Below are positions 39,501 to 51,960 of a stretch of 64,000 nt of DNA, one piece after another (within the stretch, counting starts at the first letter, position 1; each line of letters opens with the position of its first letter). Both the position numbers and the translations under genes were made by a program. The stretch spans positions 26,211,240 through 26,275,239 of the forward strand of contig OZ316894.1 in assembly GCA_973895155.1 (NCBI GenBank). The letters are read 5' to 3'. The stretch is from Marsupella aquatica (Eukaryota; Plantae; Marchantiophyta). A model generated the notes under the pieces. It did no database searches. It had not been told where the DNA came from and worked only from the letters and a program-made list of their open reading frames with translations.

Positions 39501-42500
39501 CAAGGATGTTTCGCCCAACAATAAAACGTTGAGCTGCAACAAGCTTGGGTACTACTGGTTTCATAAAATTGGCTGTCAGTCTATGAGCGATTGTATCATC
39601 GTGAGAGGCCTCCAATTCTTAATCACTTTGTTTTGGAATGACTTTGATAACCTCAGTGGAAACCTTTGAGGTTAGAAGCTCATCATTCCAAAAGGTTTTG
39701 TGCATGTCCAAACAATCACATTTCATCCATTCCCAGCACAATTGCAAGACTTCAGCAAGTAACACAGTCAAATCCATGGGATTTCTCTTTAGGGAAAGAA
39801 TTGGCAATTGCTTCTACTTCTTCATCAGTAGGATTAACAATCATTGCTACACTATAATGTCAAAGACTTTGTGATTTATCCAGGAGAAAGAGCTATCTGT
39901 CTTTGGTCTTTGTTAGCCTTGACCTCTTCAAGATTAACCTTGTACAATTGAGTGTATCTCCTACCTCACCAAAAATCAGCCCACTCTCCTTCTATCACAT
40001 CCTCATTTGCTAATTCCAGTAGCTTGATGGTCTGGAGGAAGAAATAACGAGGTGGTACATCATTGAGGGGTAGCCACCTGTTCATGCTACACCTTCTCCA
40101 CAAAGCAGCATCGGCTGTCTCTTGCACTTTAGCAGCTGCTACACACCTAACATCTTGGAGCTGGGTGATAAGTCTGATTGAGTAGCCCGGAGAAAGGCTT
40201 GATTCTATTTCTAAGCTTCCATCAGAACATGCTTGCGCATTCCCCAGGCCAGACCCCAGTGAACACAATATATTGACATAGTGTCAGGTGCAGAGGCAAC
40301 TGGGTAGGAAGAGCCACAGGGGTTGGAAAGAACCTCTGGCAACGCTCCAGCCGAGTAGTCAAAATCATTTCCATGATCAAGATAATCATGCTAGGATTTC
40401 TCTTTTGTGGGCAGATTGCAGTGTCAACCTTACTGGAAAAATAATTCCATGGCCTTGTCAACAAGGGTGCCCCCGGACTCCATAAAAATGCTCAGTGCTT
40501 TCCAGAGCAAGATTGCAAGTAGAGCAAAGTGCATCAGACGTCTCTCACTTCAGTGCTCTACTATTAGTGAAGTACCCAGCATTGAGCACCTTCCACTTTA
40601 GGATTTGCAATCCACATGGACCACTATGACCAGAGTCAGATGCTATAGGTGGTTTCATAGTCATAGAATTAGATGTAAGGATTATTGTTGGGAGATTAGA
40701 CAGCTTCAGTGAAGTTTTAGAGAGAATCACCATTGCTCACGCCTTTCCCAGTTGGAGTCCACATTGAGAGGAATAGTCGCCTAGATATCAATTTAGACTG
40801 TGTCCCTTAATTTGCAGGCTCAGTATCCCTAGGTGGCTGACGCTGACCCATTCCCAGCCCAAGGTGAGTCCTTGGTGACCCAGGGTCTTTTTGGGGTTGG
40901 CTGGCGACCTTTGCAGGGTTCTGCTGGTTGTCCCTTGAGGCGGCTTGGGTTTGTTTTCTTTGCCTATCTGCTGGTTTTGGCAAGGTGCCTTGGAATTCAT
41001 TTGGCGAACCTTAATTAATTCACTTGATATGCCTGTCCAATTGCAGAGTATTGTTGATAGTAAACTTGTGATATTGAACGAAGTGTTGTCAAGCACAAGT
41101 GAGATGGTCAGGTAGTAGGACATTTGGGGGAGTCAGTAAATCAGCTTGGCAACTGGATTTCAAGGAGTGTGTGAGTTGCGGGGAGAGTAATGGGTTGGAC
41201 AATGACAAGATGCAAAGGGACGCTTTTAGCCCCATCTTGCGGTGAGGAGAAAATGTTGCTATGATCAAACTGCCAGGGAGGCTTCCCACCATATGACATT
41301 TCAAAAACCTACCAAGAGAAAGAAATAGTGGGATTGCATCCTACAGTGTGAAGATAAAAACAACAATACAAATTTGAGAATGGAACTTTTGATTTAATAA
41401 CTTGGTGGCACCATATGAACTACTATAGGGGGAGATTTCCAAACCATTGAAACTACTTAGTTTATTTCACTATAGCTTTTTTTATCCAAGGTATAGAATC
41501 ATTTTTTGATCTGATGGCCGGCTTTTAGGGGTCCTCCCTTTGTGTGGGGCACGCCCCCCAAAAGATAACAACTCTTCTTTGGAGCAAAAAGCTAGGATGT
41601 GCAGATGCAGTGCACATGACTTACAAATGCTAGCGACTACATGAACTGTCAAAAAACACATGTACTTGGTGACTACATGAACTGTCCTCAACACACATTC
41701 AACCTCCACAAATATACTCCTACTTGTAGTGACGTAAAAAGAAAGGAATTTGGAGCTTACTAGTATTGACCATTGCCAATTGATTTAAGATGCGAGCAAT
41801 TATTCAAAGCAAGGACTTTACATCCTATTCAGACACGATAAAATGGTGAACTGAGAACAAAGCAAAGTGGGCCAAGAGTGGAAGGCAACAATGATCATAG
41901 GAGACATTCAACTACTTCACGTATGGAACATAATATTTCATAAAATACAACACCTAGACCTCAATATTTTTGTGAGACGAAAGTGGAAATTCAAACTTAG
42001 ACTATGATCATTAGGTGAATAGAGAGATCTTTGACACTGGTTGTCATAATCTTTCCAGGGTTTCCCACTTGAATACTTGCTGATTTATTATATAATTGGT
42101 ATGTTAAGTAGAATAAGAAACAGGTCAAACGGACAATCATACCTCCATTACCAAATACCTTAGTTTATTGTCGTGTAAGATTTACTACAATGACCATCAC
42201 ACCTTAGATGATGATGTTTTAACAGTTTAGCTACAGATCAAGCTTGTATTGTGTCTTGCTGCTTTTGACCTAGATAGAATTTGTATAAACTGAACAGTTT
42301 GGTTTTTGGAGTGATAACACAAATTGCATTGAAGATTGCAGAAAGTATAGCCAATAGATGTAGCATGCAACAAAACAACTAAGCAAGTCACCAAGACCCA
42401 AAACCAACACATCAAGACTTCCCAAAAGACACCACCTCCAGAGCTCGGGGGCAGAGGAGCACAACAGCTGAGTTTTTTGAGGCTTCACAAGCACTACGAA

Positions 42501-43461
42501 CAATTGACTCAAGCCACTAGTTTATTGTAAGCCATATTAAGTGATTGTAAAACTGATCCGTGAAAGGCATGACTGTGGATGTAATCTAGAGAAAAAATCC
42601 TCTTATGTTTCCACTTTATTCATTTCCTTTAGTCCGAGCATCCAAATCCCATAATCAATTATATATAGTCTGATTTTGAATAGTTAAGGCTAGAAATTTC
42701 TTTCATGCAGCTTCTTAACCAGGCTTATGTTTTATTGATTAGGACAAACTCTTATTGCCTTAGGTGAGATAGGCTGATGATTAGCTGATAATTTCAGATG
42801 ATACAGCAGAGGCAAACAGGTATGGGCAAGTGGAGTTGTTTTTTTAATATATTATTGGGATGTGTCAAATGGTTTCCTATAAGCCCAACGGCTCATTCTC
42901 TTTCAAGGGGAAGATTAGAACAATTTTACAATAAATTATTCCAGTTCAAGTCACAACAAAGTCAAAAAATTCAGAGAAGAAAGACAGATAACAAAGAAAG
43001 CGAAGTCACAACAGTAAACTGTCTGTGGAATGGTAATAAGTTTAAGTGTATGGGGATGATTGTTGGGAAAGCCAGAGTACAACGGATCACATTTTCCAAC
43101 TCAGCAGTCAAATTTGTGAGAGGGAGCATACCATAGACAAGGGAACGCTGGGCTTTTGTGGAGTGTTGTTGTCCTTGAATGCATAGTAGGTCATCTTGAG
43201 TGAGGAGACATTATCATATTTTGAAGGGGAACTGGGAGAGCCTATGCCTTCCACGCCACCTCCCCATTGCTTGAGGGGGCTGCTCTCACAGGTGTCTGAG
43301 TCATTTTCCGGTCCACTCGATAAATCATAAGCTGATGAGGTGGGCATCACCGTCTCATCATCAGCATCTAAAGTCAATTTTCCGTGCTGCCCACTTTCTA
43401 ACATTTCCTTAACAAAATCAGAATCCTCCACCTCATCGATGTTCTGCACTTTTCCTGCCAT
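24505..43461 (-). CDS. Coiled-coil protein of an uncharacterised family typical of ciliated eukaryotes (putative flagellar/basal-body protein), about 444 aa
   Basis: Exons 43461-43132, 34732-34689, 32782-32674, 30345-30241, 29350-29246, 25969-25802, 25669-25430, 24738-24505; all GT-AG and phase-compatible. Motifs LEEHKKKCENEGNYMAAQ and SRELLKHRKVQNFLGKQGKYLEAQEVK recall proteins of ciliates, oomycetes and green algae (from memory). The three N-terminal exons are less certain. Confidence 0.75.
35440..35782. mobile_element. hAT-like MITE (343 bp)
   Basis: Imperfect 20-bp TIRs CACTCAATTCATTAAAAGTG / CACTTTTAATGAATAGATTG with CA...TG ends, flanked by near-identical 8-mers TTCCAAAT / ATCCAAAT; internal TGTACACTTTT-type repeats. 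Confidence 0.6.
38450..40900 (-). mobile_element. Degenerate L1-like non-LTR retrotransposon (ORF2 remnants) in intron 1 of the coiled-coil gene
   Basis: Frameshifted RT-region fragments ANFMKPVVPKLV..QRFIVGRNILDNVL..IVVVKLNFA (39412-39615), AEVLQLCWEWMK..VIKVIPK (39619-39807) and RWLPLNDVPPRYFF (about 40040-40090). Boundaries approximate. Confidence 0.8.
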
Positions 43462-46400
43462 TTTGCCTGCTCGTTGCAATTGCTATTGTCTTGCTTGAAA
43501 ATTGTTATCTGCTCTGACTCTCAAAGAAATTATGATTCCAATCCCATCAAAATCTTTCCCTGTCTCCTTGCAGTCTTCTTGAATTCAAACAATTATGCTA
43601 AATCCTGGGATTTTCTGGGTTTTCTTTATGATGAGGCGTCTTTGCATGTAGTCACAAGTCGACTTGGATCTCCTGGGGTCACTTTGGTGTGAAAATCTCC
43701 CCTAATACATGGAGTCAAAGTCTCCCCCTTCTAGTATATAAATGTTGAAATCTCCAATGTGAGTCTTTCCATTCAAGATTGCAAGAAGATTAAGTGACCT
43801 GATTTCAGACATTCAATGCAAAATAGTGAGTAGCTTTAACATTTGTTGCTTTAAACTACGGGGTTTATCATATGTGGCACAACGCTTACTGGATCGTGAT
43901 GCATTTGCTGTTTTAAACCTTGAAGAATCAAGACTATATCTCCTCTAATGTTCATTTCTATTTGGAAACTTTCAAGGCAATTTTCCTTTCAATAATTTTC
44001 GTGGCTTACCCCTTTGATTCTCATCAACATCCCAACAATATGTGCTTTACGACTTTATGGATTGATCTGATCTGACTCTTCATTCTTATTTTAGGTTAGA
44101 ATTCAAGGGACAGACAGAGATCGAGACATGCTGTACATCACTGGCATCAGGTTATCTGGAAGAAACCTCTTGTTCATGTCCTTCGATTAAGTTAGTGTTC
44201 AATGTCAAAGCCGTAGAGTGAAGATAAAATGGGTCATCATCTGTTTCCTTTTCAATCCCCATGGAGGAGCACAGGATTGAGTTTGAACAGTAGTAATCAG
44301 TAACCTTTGAGCACTGAATTTCAATGCTCTCCATGATGTCCGTGAGACCACATTAAATTAAATGAAACGGAGCCTCTGCACGTCCTGCATGGTCCCATTG
44401 TAAGAAACTGAGAAGCCCCAAGTACTGACGATTAATGCTTTATATTTTTGAAGAAATTGCCCGTGTCGATCCCAGAAATGCTCGAATGAGTTCCACAACG
44501 TCATTGCCCACGATGACCATGTGGGGGTTCTTCCTTTGAACCCCCACAATAACAACGAGGCTTTATGATGGCCAGCAGAGAATACCCATTGCTGCTATGC
44601 CTATCTGCTTACTGCTGTGTATCTCCTACAAAGACTTCATTCTAGCCGCCTGTTTTTGTAAAACCTACAATGGTTGAAAAGGTTGAGTTTCAAATCAAAA
44701 TTAAAAAAGCATATTAAAAAAACTAAAATTGAGGTTAAGCAGGACATCAGTAAAATGTGAGCTTCCTTCTTACTCGCTTAAGCCAACCCTTTCCAATAAT
44801 GAGTCCTCATCTATTCCATATGGGTATGGCCACTTGGGATGGCTCAAAGAGCTATATATCCTATGCCGGCCGAGCTTCATCCTGGTGGGCACCCTATGCT
44901 TTACAATAGATAGAATCTTGGTGTTATATTGGATGAGGCCTCAGAGTAGGGATGGTTGCATATTAAGTAACACTCTTATGTTCCCTACCTTGCCTTATCC
45001 AAACAAATTGGGTACATGGGAGTAATCCAACGGGAGTGCCACTGACATGTGTTGTTGAGTATACTATAGAGTCGCTTTGTTATGAGATCGGGTTTCAAAT
45101 CGTTGGTATTGCTTGGTTAGTGTGTTCATTGTGTTGTATGTTTTTGTTCCCCCAAGTTGTCTAAGTGTTTCGTATGTAGGCTTCCTGTGTTATTTATTTA
45201 TTTTAAAAAAGGGGAAATCTGTGAAATCCCACAGAAAAGGAAGAGTCAGCCACAATAGTTGAACCCAAGACCTATCAGTCTATACTCAAGTGAGCTACCA
45301 CAAAGTCATGCCTCTCTGGGCAGGCTTCCTAGCTGTGTTTTAGAGTGGGGCCTCCAATTATGGCAAACCGGTGCAAGTTCACTTTTGTGCCAAAAACAAG
45401 TGTGGGTTTTGTTTCGTCTTCAATCAATATGATCAAGATCTTGTATACTCTAGTGTATAAATTGGTGTTTTTCTTGGCAATAATAACTAAACAATCCAAG
45501 GATCTAATTGACTGTGTGCCCAAGTTTATGAAAAGCATTGGTGCGCATGACGCCTTTATTGCTTTGGTCCCCAGTTCTATTCACCATTGGATCTCTCTTG
45601 TGCTCCAGCTTGTCAATCAGTACAGTACATGAACTCTTCTCATCAACATATATGCCAATCCTTGATCAGAGATTTGAGGCCATTTGCTACCCCCCCCCCC
45701 CTGTAGACTATGAGCCAGATTGTTTAAATAGTTTTTGTGCAATTTGAAACCACAAGTTCCTGCCTATAGTAATCCAGGTAACACAAGGTACTCATTTCCC
45801 ATATAATACCCTTGTGAATAGTTATCCAAGAGCATATCGTATTTTCTGGAATTTCTGAGCATCAGTGCTATCTCATTTAAGGTCCAAAATGTAGATCTCA
45901 TAATTATACATTCCACCAGGAAAACTAAACCTGATTATACATCTAAAACTGATTTTTCTTTTAAGAAATCACCAAAAAATGAACAGTTGGGTGTTAGGGT
46001 TAGGGTAGTTTTTATAGTGTGTTGCATGCACAAGTGCTGGAGAAAAAAGAGGGGGAGATGCATGAAGACCAGAAAGAGAAGGTCGACCAGAGCAAGACAC
46101 TCGACCAGTGAAGGACCTAAACAGGAATTAATTGTCGGAGGAGGCGCTGGATGCTCGTCCGAGCGAGACATGATACTAACGGCCCAAAGGCCATGAGACT
46201 CTTGTAGGTGAGTAGGAACTATTAGATACTCTCCCCTCTCCTTCTAAGAGCCAATAGTGGTGCAGGTGTGATTCAATTGTTTTGAATAAACAATGTCTTC
46301 CAAAGGGTACTCACCCCCAAGGCAGGACCAAAGTAAGTTTCCTTTCTCTGCAAATGTTTGGACATTTTGCTTCCAAGTGAAGTGGCTTGCAATAATACAA

Positions 46401-47402
46401 AGAGGCATTTAATTAAAAAAGGTTTGTTAGTGACTATTTGCTAATTGGAGGCTTCACAGGTGGTTGAAACTAAAGCGCAGATGGATCTCCACTTTGTCTA
46501 TGAAGCCCGGATGGACTTGGACAGACTTGCTTAGAACATTTAAACTGACTCAGATAACACTATTTACACTTTTGATTGAAATGTGACCTCTGACCAGTGT
46601 CCTTACTGTTTGCAGCCGGTTTCATTTGTATTACCAAACCGGTTTTCTCGGTAACTTGACAACTTTGAACCTGAAAGACTTCAAGACCTCATGCCATTAC
46701 TCACGATCACCATGACATCTTGACTACTTTCTCCCCAAAAGTAGTCAAAGTAGTTAACTGGGATTCGCAATCGGCTACCTATTCCTTTTTCCTTTTGGTG
46801 TAAAAGCTACAATTGCTTTACCCAGACCATAGGATGGGCAGGACAATTTCTCGGTCCATCTGGGCTTTTGTTTCGAGGTGGGGCTTTTGTTTCGAGGTGG
46901 CCATAAGTGCCACCTGCCCAAAATACAAAGTCCCCTGCCCAAAATACCAATGTCTTAGTGTTTGCTATTGTCGTGTGTTCTATGGTATGTTTGTTGAGGT
47001 GGTCCACATCTCCGCATTTCAGCGACGATCGTCTCTGCCACACTGAAACAGGGAGCGAATAATTCAGCCAAGGAATTCTACTATAGTCACATGAGTCGAC
47101 GTGAGTTTCTTGCACTCGAGTCACGTCCAAGCATGCTCGACGGCGTGTTGGATGCCGCGTTAATTTGAAGACGAGCTTTGGGATGGCGGTGTCTCTGGTG
47201 CCTGAGATCTCTGATACTCTGTTGTCATCACCTCTGTCTCTAGGTTTCTTCGAATCCTCAACACTCGGACTCCGGTCGTGTTTTCCTGTGGTGGAGACCT
47301 GATCGATTTTATTGAAATTTTGCGTTCTTCTCACGTTGCCAATCCGCTGCGCTGTTGTGATATCGAGGAAGTGAACTCCCGATTCCCAAACAGCGGTGCT
47401 CA

Positions 47403-49782
47403 ATGGTGAGTGTTTCAGCCTCTTTCGGTCAGTTGGTCGTCTGTCCTATGTCCTTCATTGTCTTGAAGTCCTGTCGTCGCCCATTGTTGCTTTGGTGAGT
47501 TTGAGAATCAGGAGATGGCGACGCAACTGGGGTCTTAGCATGCCTCGTGTTTGGCGATTGTGCTCATAGGGAAGTTAATTAGTGTCATTTGTAGACGTCA
47601 TATGAGAGCAGCTTGTTTGATGTTGGAATGCCTTGGTGTTATGTGACCTGGATGTCTTTTATCTGGAATAATTTTCATTCGGAACAGCTAAGGAAGAAGA
47701 ATATGGAATACTGTAGACTCTGTTTTGAATACGGTCTCTTCATAGTGAGAAAAGTATATATGATCATTCAAGGGAGGTTGCTGATGCAAGTTCGCCGCTG
47801 TAGAGCATTCATGCTCCCTTGCTGCTTATTTGCGACCATGGCCTGCAATAGATGGATTGTAGTGGTACCTCTGGCTCCAACACTGTTTGCATCATTCTTT
47901 CCATCTTATAATCTGGGGACATTTCGTTGGCAGGCAAATACTTTAAGGCCCTACCTGACGTGCATCCGAAATACTCTTACGGCAGCCATGTGTCTACAGG
48001 TATACATCCTTTTTGTAATTGAAGTAACCGCATCGTAATTTTCATTCAGTAGATATAGGAAAACTGAGTTTTGGATGGAAACGCAGAATTTTCCTTGTCA
48101 GGAGGTCGAGAGACACAACAAACCCGAGGTCGAATTGAAGTAAGGACCACTCTGCTTTTCATTCTGTTTGGAGGCAGTCGTGTGCACCATATCTATCTTG
48201 AAAGTCGATACAGTTACTTCATCTTGCTCAAACATTTTCAGGGCGGATAAGATTGTTGTTCCTTTGCGGATCTAGGCATTAACAAATCAAGTTGGAGCTG
48301 AAGAGCGATTTTTACTGACACTGACAGTTTCTGTTCCTATGTAATGCAGGACAAGTCCTGAACTTCTGCTCAATCCCGTATGTCCAAACCTTCGTTCTTC
48401 CTTCTTGTCGTTCTCGGTCCTTATTTGCTCCAAGTAGGGGTCCACGGACTCTAAAGTAAATTGAGTCATTCTTACAATTTTTCTTAAATTAATCTTGTGT
48501 GACTCACTTTCGAGGATTGTACAGATGTCCCCTCACAATGTTTCGTTCTATCTTATCCTTGTTTTTATTACTGAACTGTTGCGCGATTGTTCAGGTCCTC
48601 ATATGCAGAAATGAAGCAGAAAAATGTTTGATAGAAGCCTCTATCAATTCTATTCGCATTAGTATCAAGGTTGGTAATCCATGTCTTTACAACAGAATAT
48701 CTTACGAGGCGGTCTTGCCTCGCTTTCTCTTCAGGCTTTCAAACTTGGCTTTTGTGAAGTTGGCCATGTAAATGCTTGAGGGGGTCATGATGGGTTGCCA
48801 TCGCATTAGAATGTAGGCCTCATCCAACAGATGTATTGGGTGAGGGCCATACATTCTTTGGGTCATGGTCTGTTGTGATGGTAGGGTCAGGGAAGAGACC
48901 TAAGCACACCCAGTTTATGTAAACAGAAAAGTGCTCTTTCTGACATCGTTCATGGTCGACAGGTAAAACAAGCTGATGAACTCGAAAACATCTTGGCTAA
49001 GAAGTTTTTGCGCTTTTTGTCGATGCGGGCTGAGTCGTTTCAAGTTTTACGACGGAAACCTGTTCAGGTCTGACCAGGGTTCACAATTGATGATACCGTA
49101 AAATTTTAATATATTATTCGTGTTCGACGTGTTGGCTTTTGGAATTTGGCCAGTCCTTGTTCCACATAAAAGATTTCTGATATCTTCTTAATTTCGACCT
49201 GCCTTTTGATATTAATCTTATGGCTGGATGTGAGTAGGTTTGACATATTCTGCACATCTGACACTTCTGCAGGGATACGACATAAGCTTTTTGGTCACAA
49301 ATTTCCACTGCGAAGAGATGTTCAAACATAAGCTGATCGATTTTATCATCGCCTTTATGGAGGTTTGTACCATTACATGGATGAAATTGTGGAAGGATTC
49401 TAGGTCTACCGTGGAGTTAGCACTAGGTTTGCTAATACCCACAATATCAACAAATCGAGTTTAAAGAGTAGTGATGCTATGGTTGTTGTCTATATAATTA
49501 TTACGGAGAAAACTCGGCCGGGTATCTTGACCCAATTTCTCTACATGAATAGCTTCAATCACGAAAGAGACTATTCATTAACGAATATGTCATTTTGCAG
49601 TTCTGCAGCTATGAAGAAAACGGAAGAGAATTGTCTGACTTTAACAGCCCATGACTCTTGCTTGTGACTGAAGTCGTGCTACCTCTTTGCAGGATATTGA
49701 TAAAGAAATCAGTGAGCTGAAGTTGTCTGTGAACACAAGGGGTCGCCTGGTGGCAGCTGAATTCCTTCGGCAGTTTATTTGA
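47403..49782 (+). CDS. ARPC4: Arp2/3 complex subunit 4 (p20-Arc), 169 aa
   Basis: Exons 47403-47405 (ATG only), 47934-47999, 48087-48139, 48350-48377, 48595-48669, 48963-49067, 49273-49362, 49693-49782. Product [49 protein letters not shown]. Confidence 0.96.
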
Positions 49783-51124
49783 GGACTTCACTTGAGTACG
49801 TGTCGCATCCAACATCAGTGATTACTCCCAGTAATCTCTCTGTTGCATTATTTCGTGTCAATCTGTGTGCTTCAAGAATGAAGCTATGTGAACCGCATCC
49901 GAGTCGTTTCAGAAGCCTGTTGGGCAGTGCGAAGCTTCACTGAGGAGAATTAGGTAGCTGGTTCCAGGAACACAGGGGCATATGACGACGAAGACAAAGG
50001 GTTTTCCATCCCGTGACGATTTGGACTTCTCTTTGAATGAGGCGCGAACTCGATTTTGTCCCAACCCGTGCCTTTCCAATTCTACAAACTTTGGTAGGCA
50101 GAAATCCTGCAGGTTTAGCATCAAATGTCCAACGTGGGTTAATCTTGTTCTTTTGCCTTGGGTACAGCAGTTATGTGCTCCGACTTCAGAAAAACGTCTG
50201 TTTGACGATATGTCTGGAGGAGATTTCATATTTCGTATCCTTCTCAAAATCTTGCAGTCACTTGACCACCCTGTGCTCTCCAGGTAAATATCAACCACCT
50301 CTGTTTTCAGCACCTGCGAGCATTTGAATTGGCAATCCGATGTTGTTGATGGGCAAATACTCACCTCCTTCGTTCTACAGCGTACTACTGAGTAGCTCTT
50401 ATCTTAGGTGGTGGCCAAGCATGACTTTGGGCCCGACAAAAGTCCTAACATATATTTCTACTCCCCAGATCAGAACATGCCTCCAGAGAAGTTTTGACAT
50501 CTATTTCATGCATCCACAAATTGTACAGGTAAACCACTTGTAGCAATTTTATCTTATGGCAAATAGAATGTCAACTGATAGCAGTGGCATCTTGCCAAGG
50601 GACAAATGAGCACCAACATTACCATATCCTGCATCCGTTTACGAGCGATGAATGCATATAACAAGTCTGTCGACGACAACCAGAGTCTCACGACACATCG
50701 CGGCTGTACATCAGCCTCAACAAAATGCCCAGAAACGAAGGATGTAGAAATGGATCCCCATTTTATATGCCTTATGTTCGAGAGATTGCCATGCAGATGC
50801 TTTCCACCTGTGTACTCTTGTAGCAGAAAAAGTGTTGGATTGGCAAATCTCCAGGAATCAAGTACTGAACGAGAGAAATAAAATGCGATTAACTTGACAA
50901 AAAGTGTGGTCCATAATCACGTATGAAGTACACATGCATTGTCCTACCAGTCGAAGTTATGATGTAGATTGTCGGTGTTCTAAAGTATCTGAGTTTTAAT
51001 TATAGAACTCCTCGACCAAAGGTGTCAAGTATAAATCCAAGTTCGCATGATTTGTAGAGAGGAGAAAGGGAGAAAGCATCAAGTGGCTTTTTGTTGGCTG
51101 GGTGACACAATTAGAGTGGCGGCA

Positions 51125-51422
51125 AAGTCCCTAACAATTGCTCCCGGGTTAAGTCCCTAACAATTGCTCCCGGGTTGCTCAGTATAGCGGTTCCGTGGGA
51201 GTGCTCTAAAATGAGCTATTGGGGATGATTGGAAAACCTCTTGAGATGAACCCTCCATTCCCTTCCTCAATCTCCACTAGCCTCTATCTTAACAAATGCT
51301 CCTGGGTTGCTCAGTATAGGGGTTTGGTGGGAGTGCTCTAAAATGAGCTATGGTGGATGATTGGAAAACCTCTCGAGATGAACCCTCCATTCCCTTCCTC
51401 AATCTCCTCTAGCCTCTATCTT
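51125..51422. repeat. Overlapping tandem duplications (26 bp x2 and ~132 bp x2)
   Basis: AAGTCCCTAACAATTGCTCCCGGGTT at 51125 and 51151; TGCTCC.GGGTTGCTCAGTATAG...TAGCCTCTATCTT at 51165 and 51297. Confidence 0.9.
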
Positions 51423-51629
51423 TATTACAGAAGGTAACTGGGCTCAAACTCTAGGTGACTGGTATTTGTTGAAGTTTAAACCATGGTGTTGCAAGGGGAC
51501 CTTTTCTGGCATCTTGTGCACCAAGCGTTAACATAACCCAATACACATGTCATTCAGTCGTACAATCAGAACATAAACAAGACACGGGTCATTCAAATCA
51601 CTTGGTTTGGAGATCGTAAATATAGTACA

Positions 51630-51960
51630 CTAGCCCACTGCTTGTGTGTTGCACGAAAGGTGTTTGACAGATGTCAAGATAATAAAAAATGTCTAGAGAG
51701 ATGATTTTGAAGTCAGCAAAAAATATCAATGTGAGTAAAGTTGAGGTGATAAAAGATGTTGAGGAGAAAAATGATGTTCAGTGAACAAAAGATGTTGAGA
51801 AGAGAAAAGAAATATTGAGATGAACAAAAGATGTCAAGGTGATAAAATATGTCAAAAGATAGACCAAAGATGTCAAGGTGATTAAAAAATGTCAAGTAAA
51901 GAAGAAAATGTTAAGATGACAAAAATATTCTGAGGAAGGAAAAAACGTTGACATGAGCAA
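51630..51960 (-). mobile_element. Non-autonomous Helitron-like 3' end with degenerate internal repeats
   Basis: On the minus strand a CGTGCAACACAC hairpin is followed about 10 nt later by CTAG|T (plus ACTAG at 51629-51633); adjacent AAAAGATGTY-type repeats. The far boundary is unclear. Confidence 0.5.

Noticed and set aside
45245-45300. tRNA-like A/B box words on the minus strand
   Set aside because: No cloverleaf can be formed; at most a decayed SINE remnant.
46807-47403. 198-aa minus-strand ORF
   Set aside because: Non-ATG start, overlaps the ARPC4 promoter and 5' UTR, and has no protein-like features.
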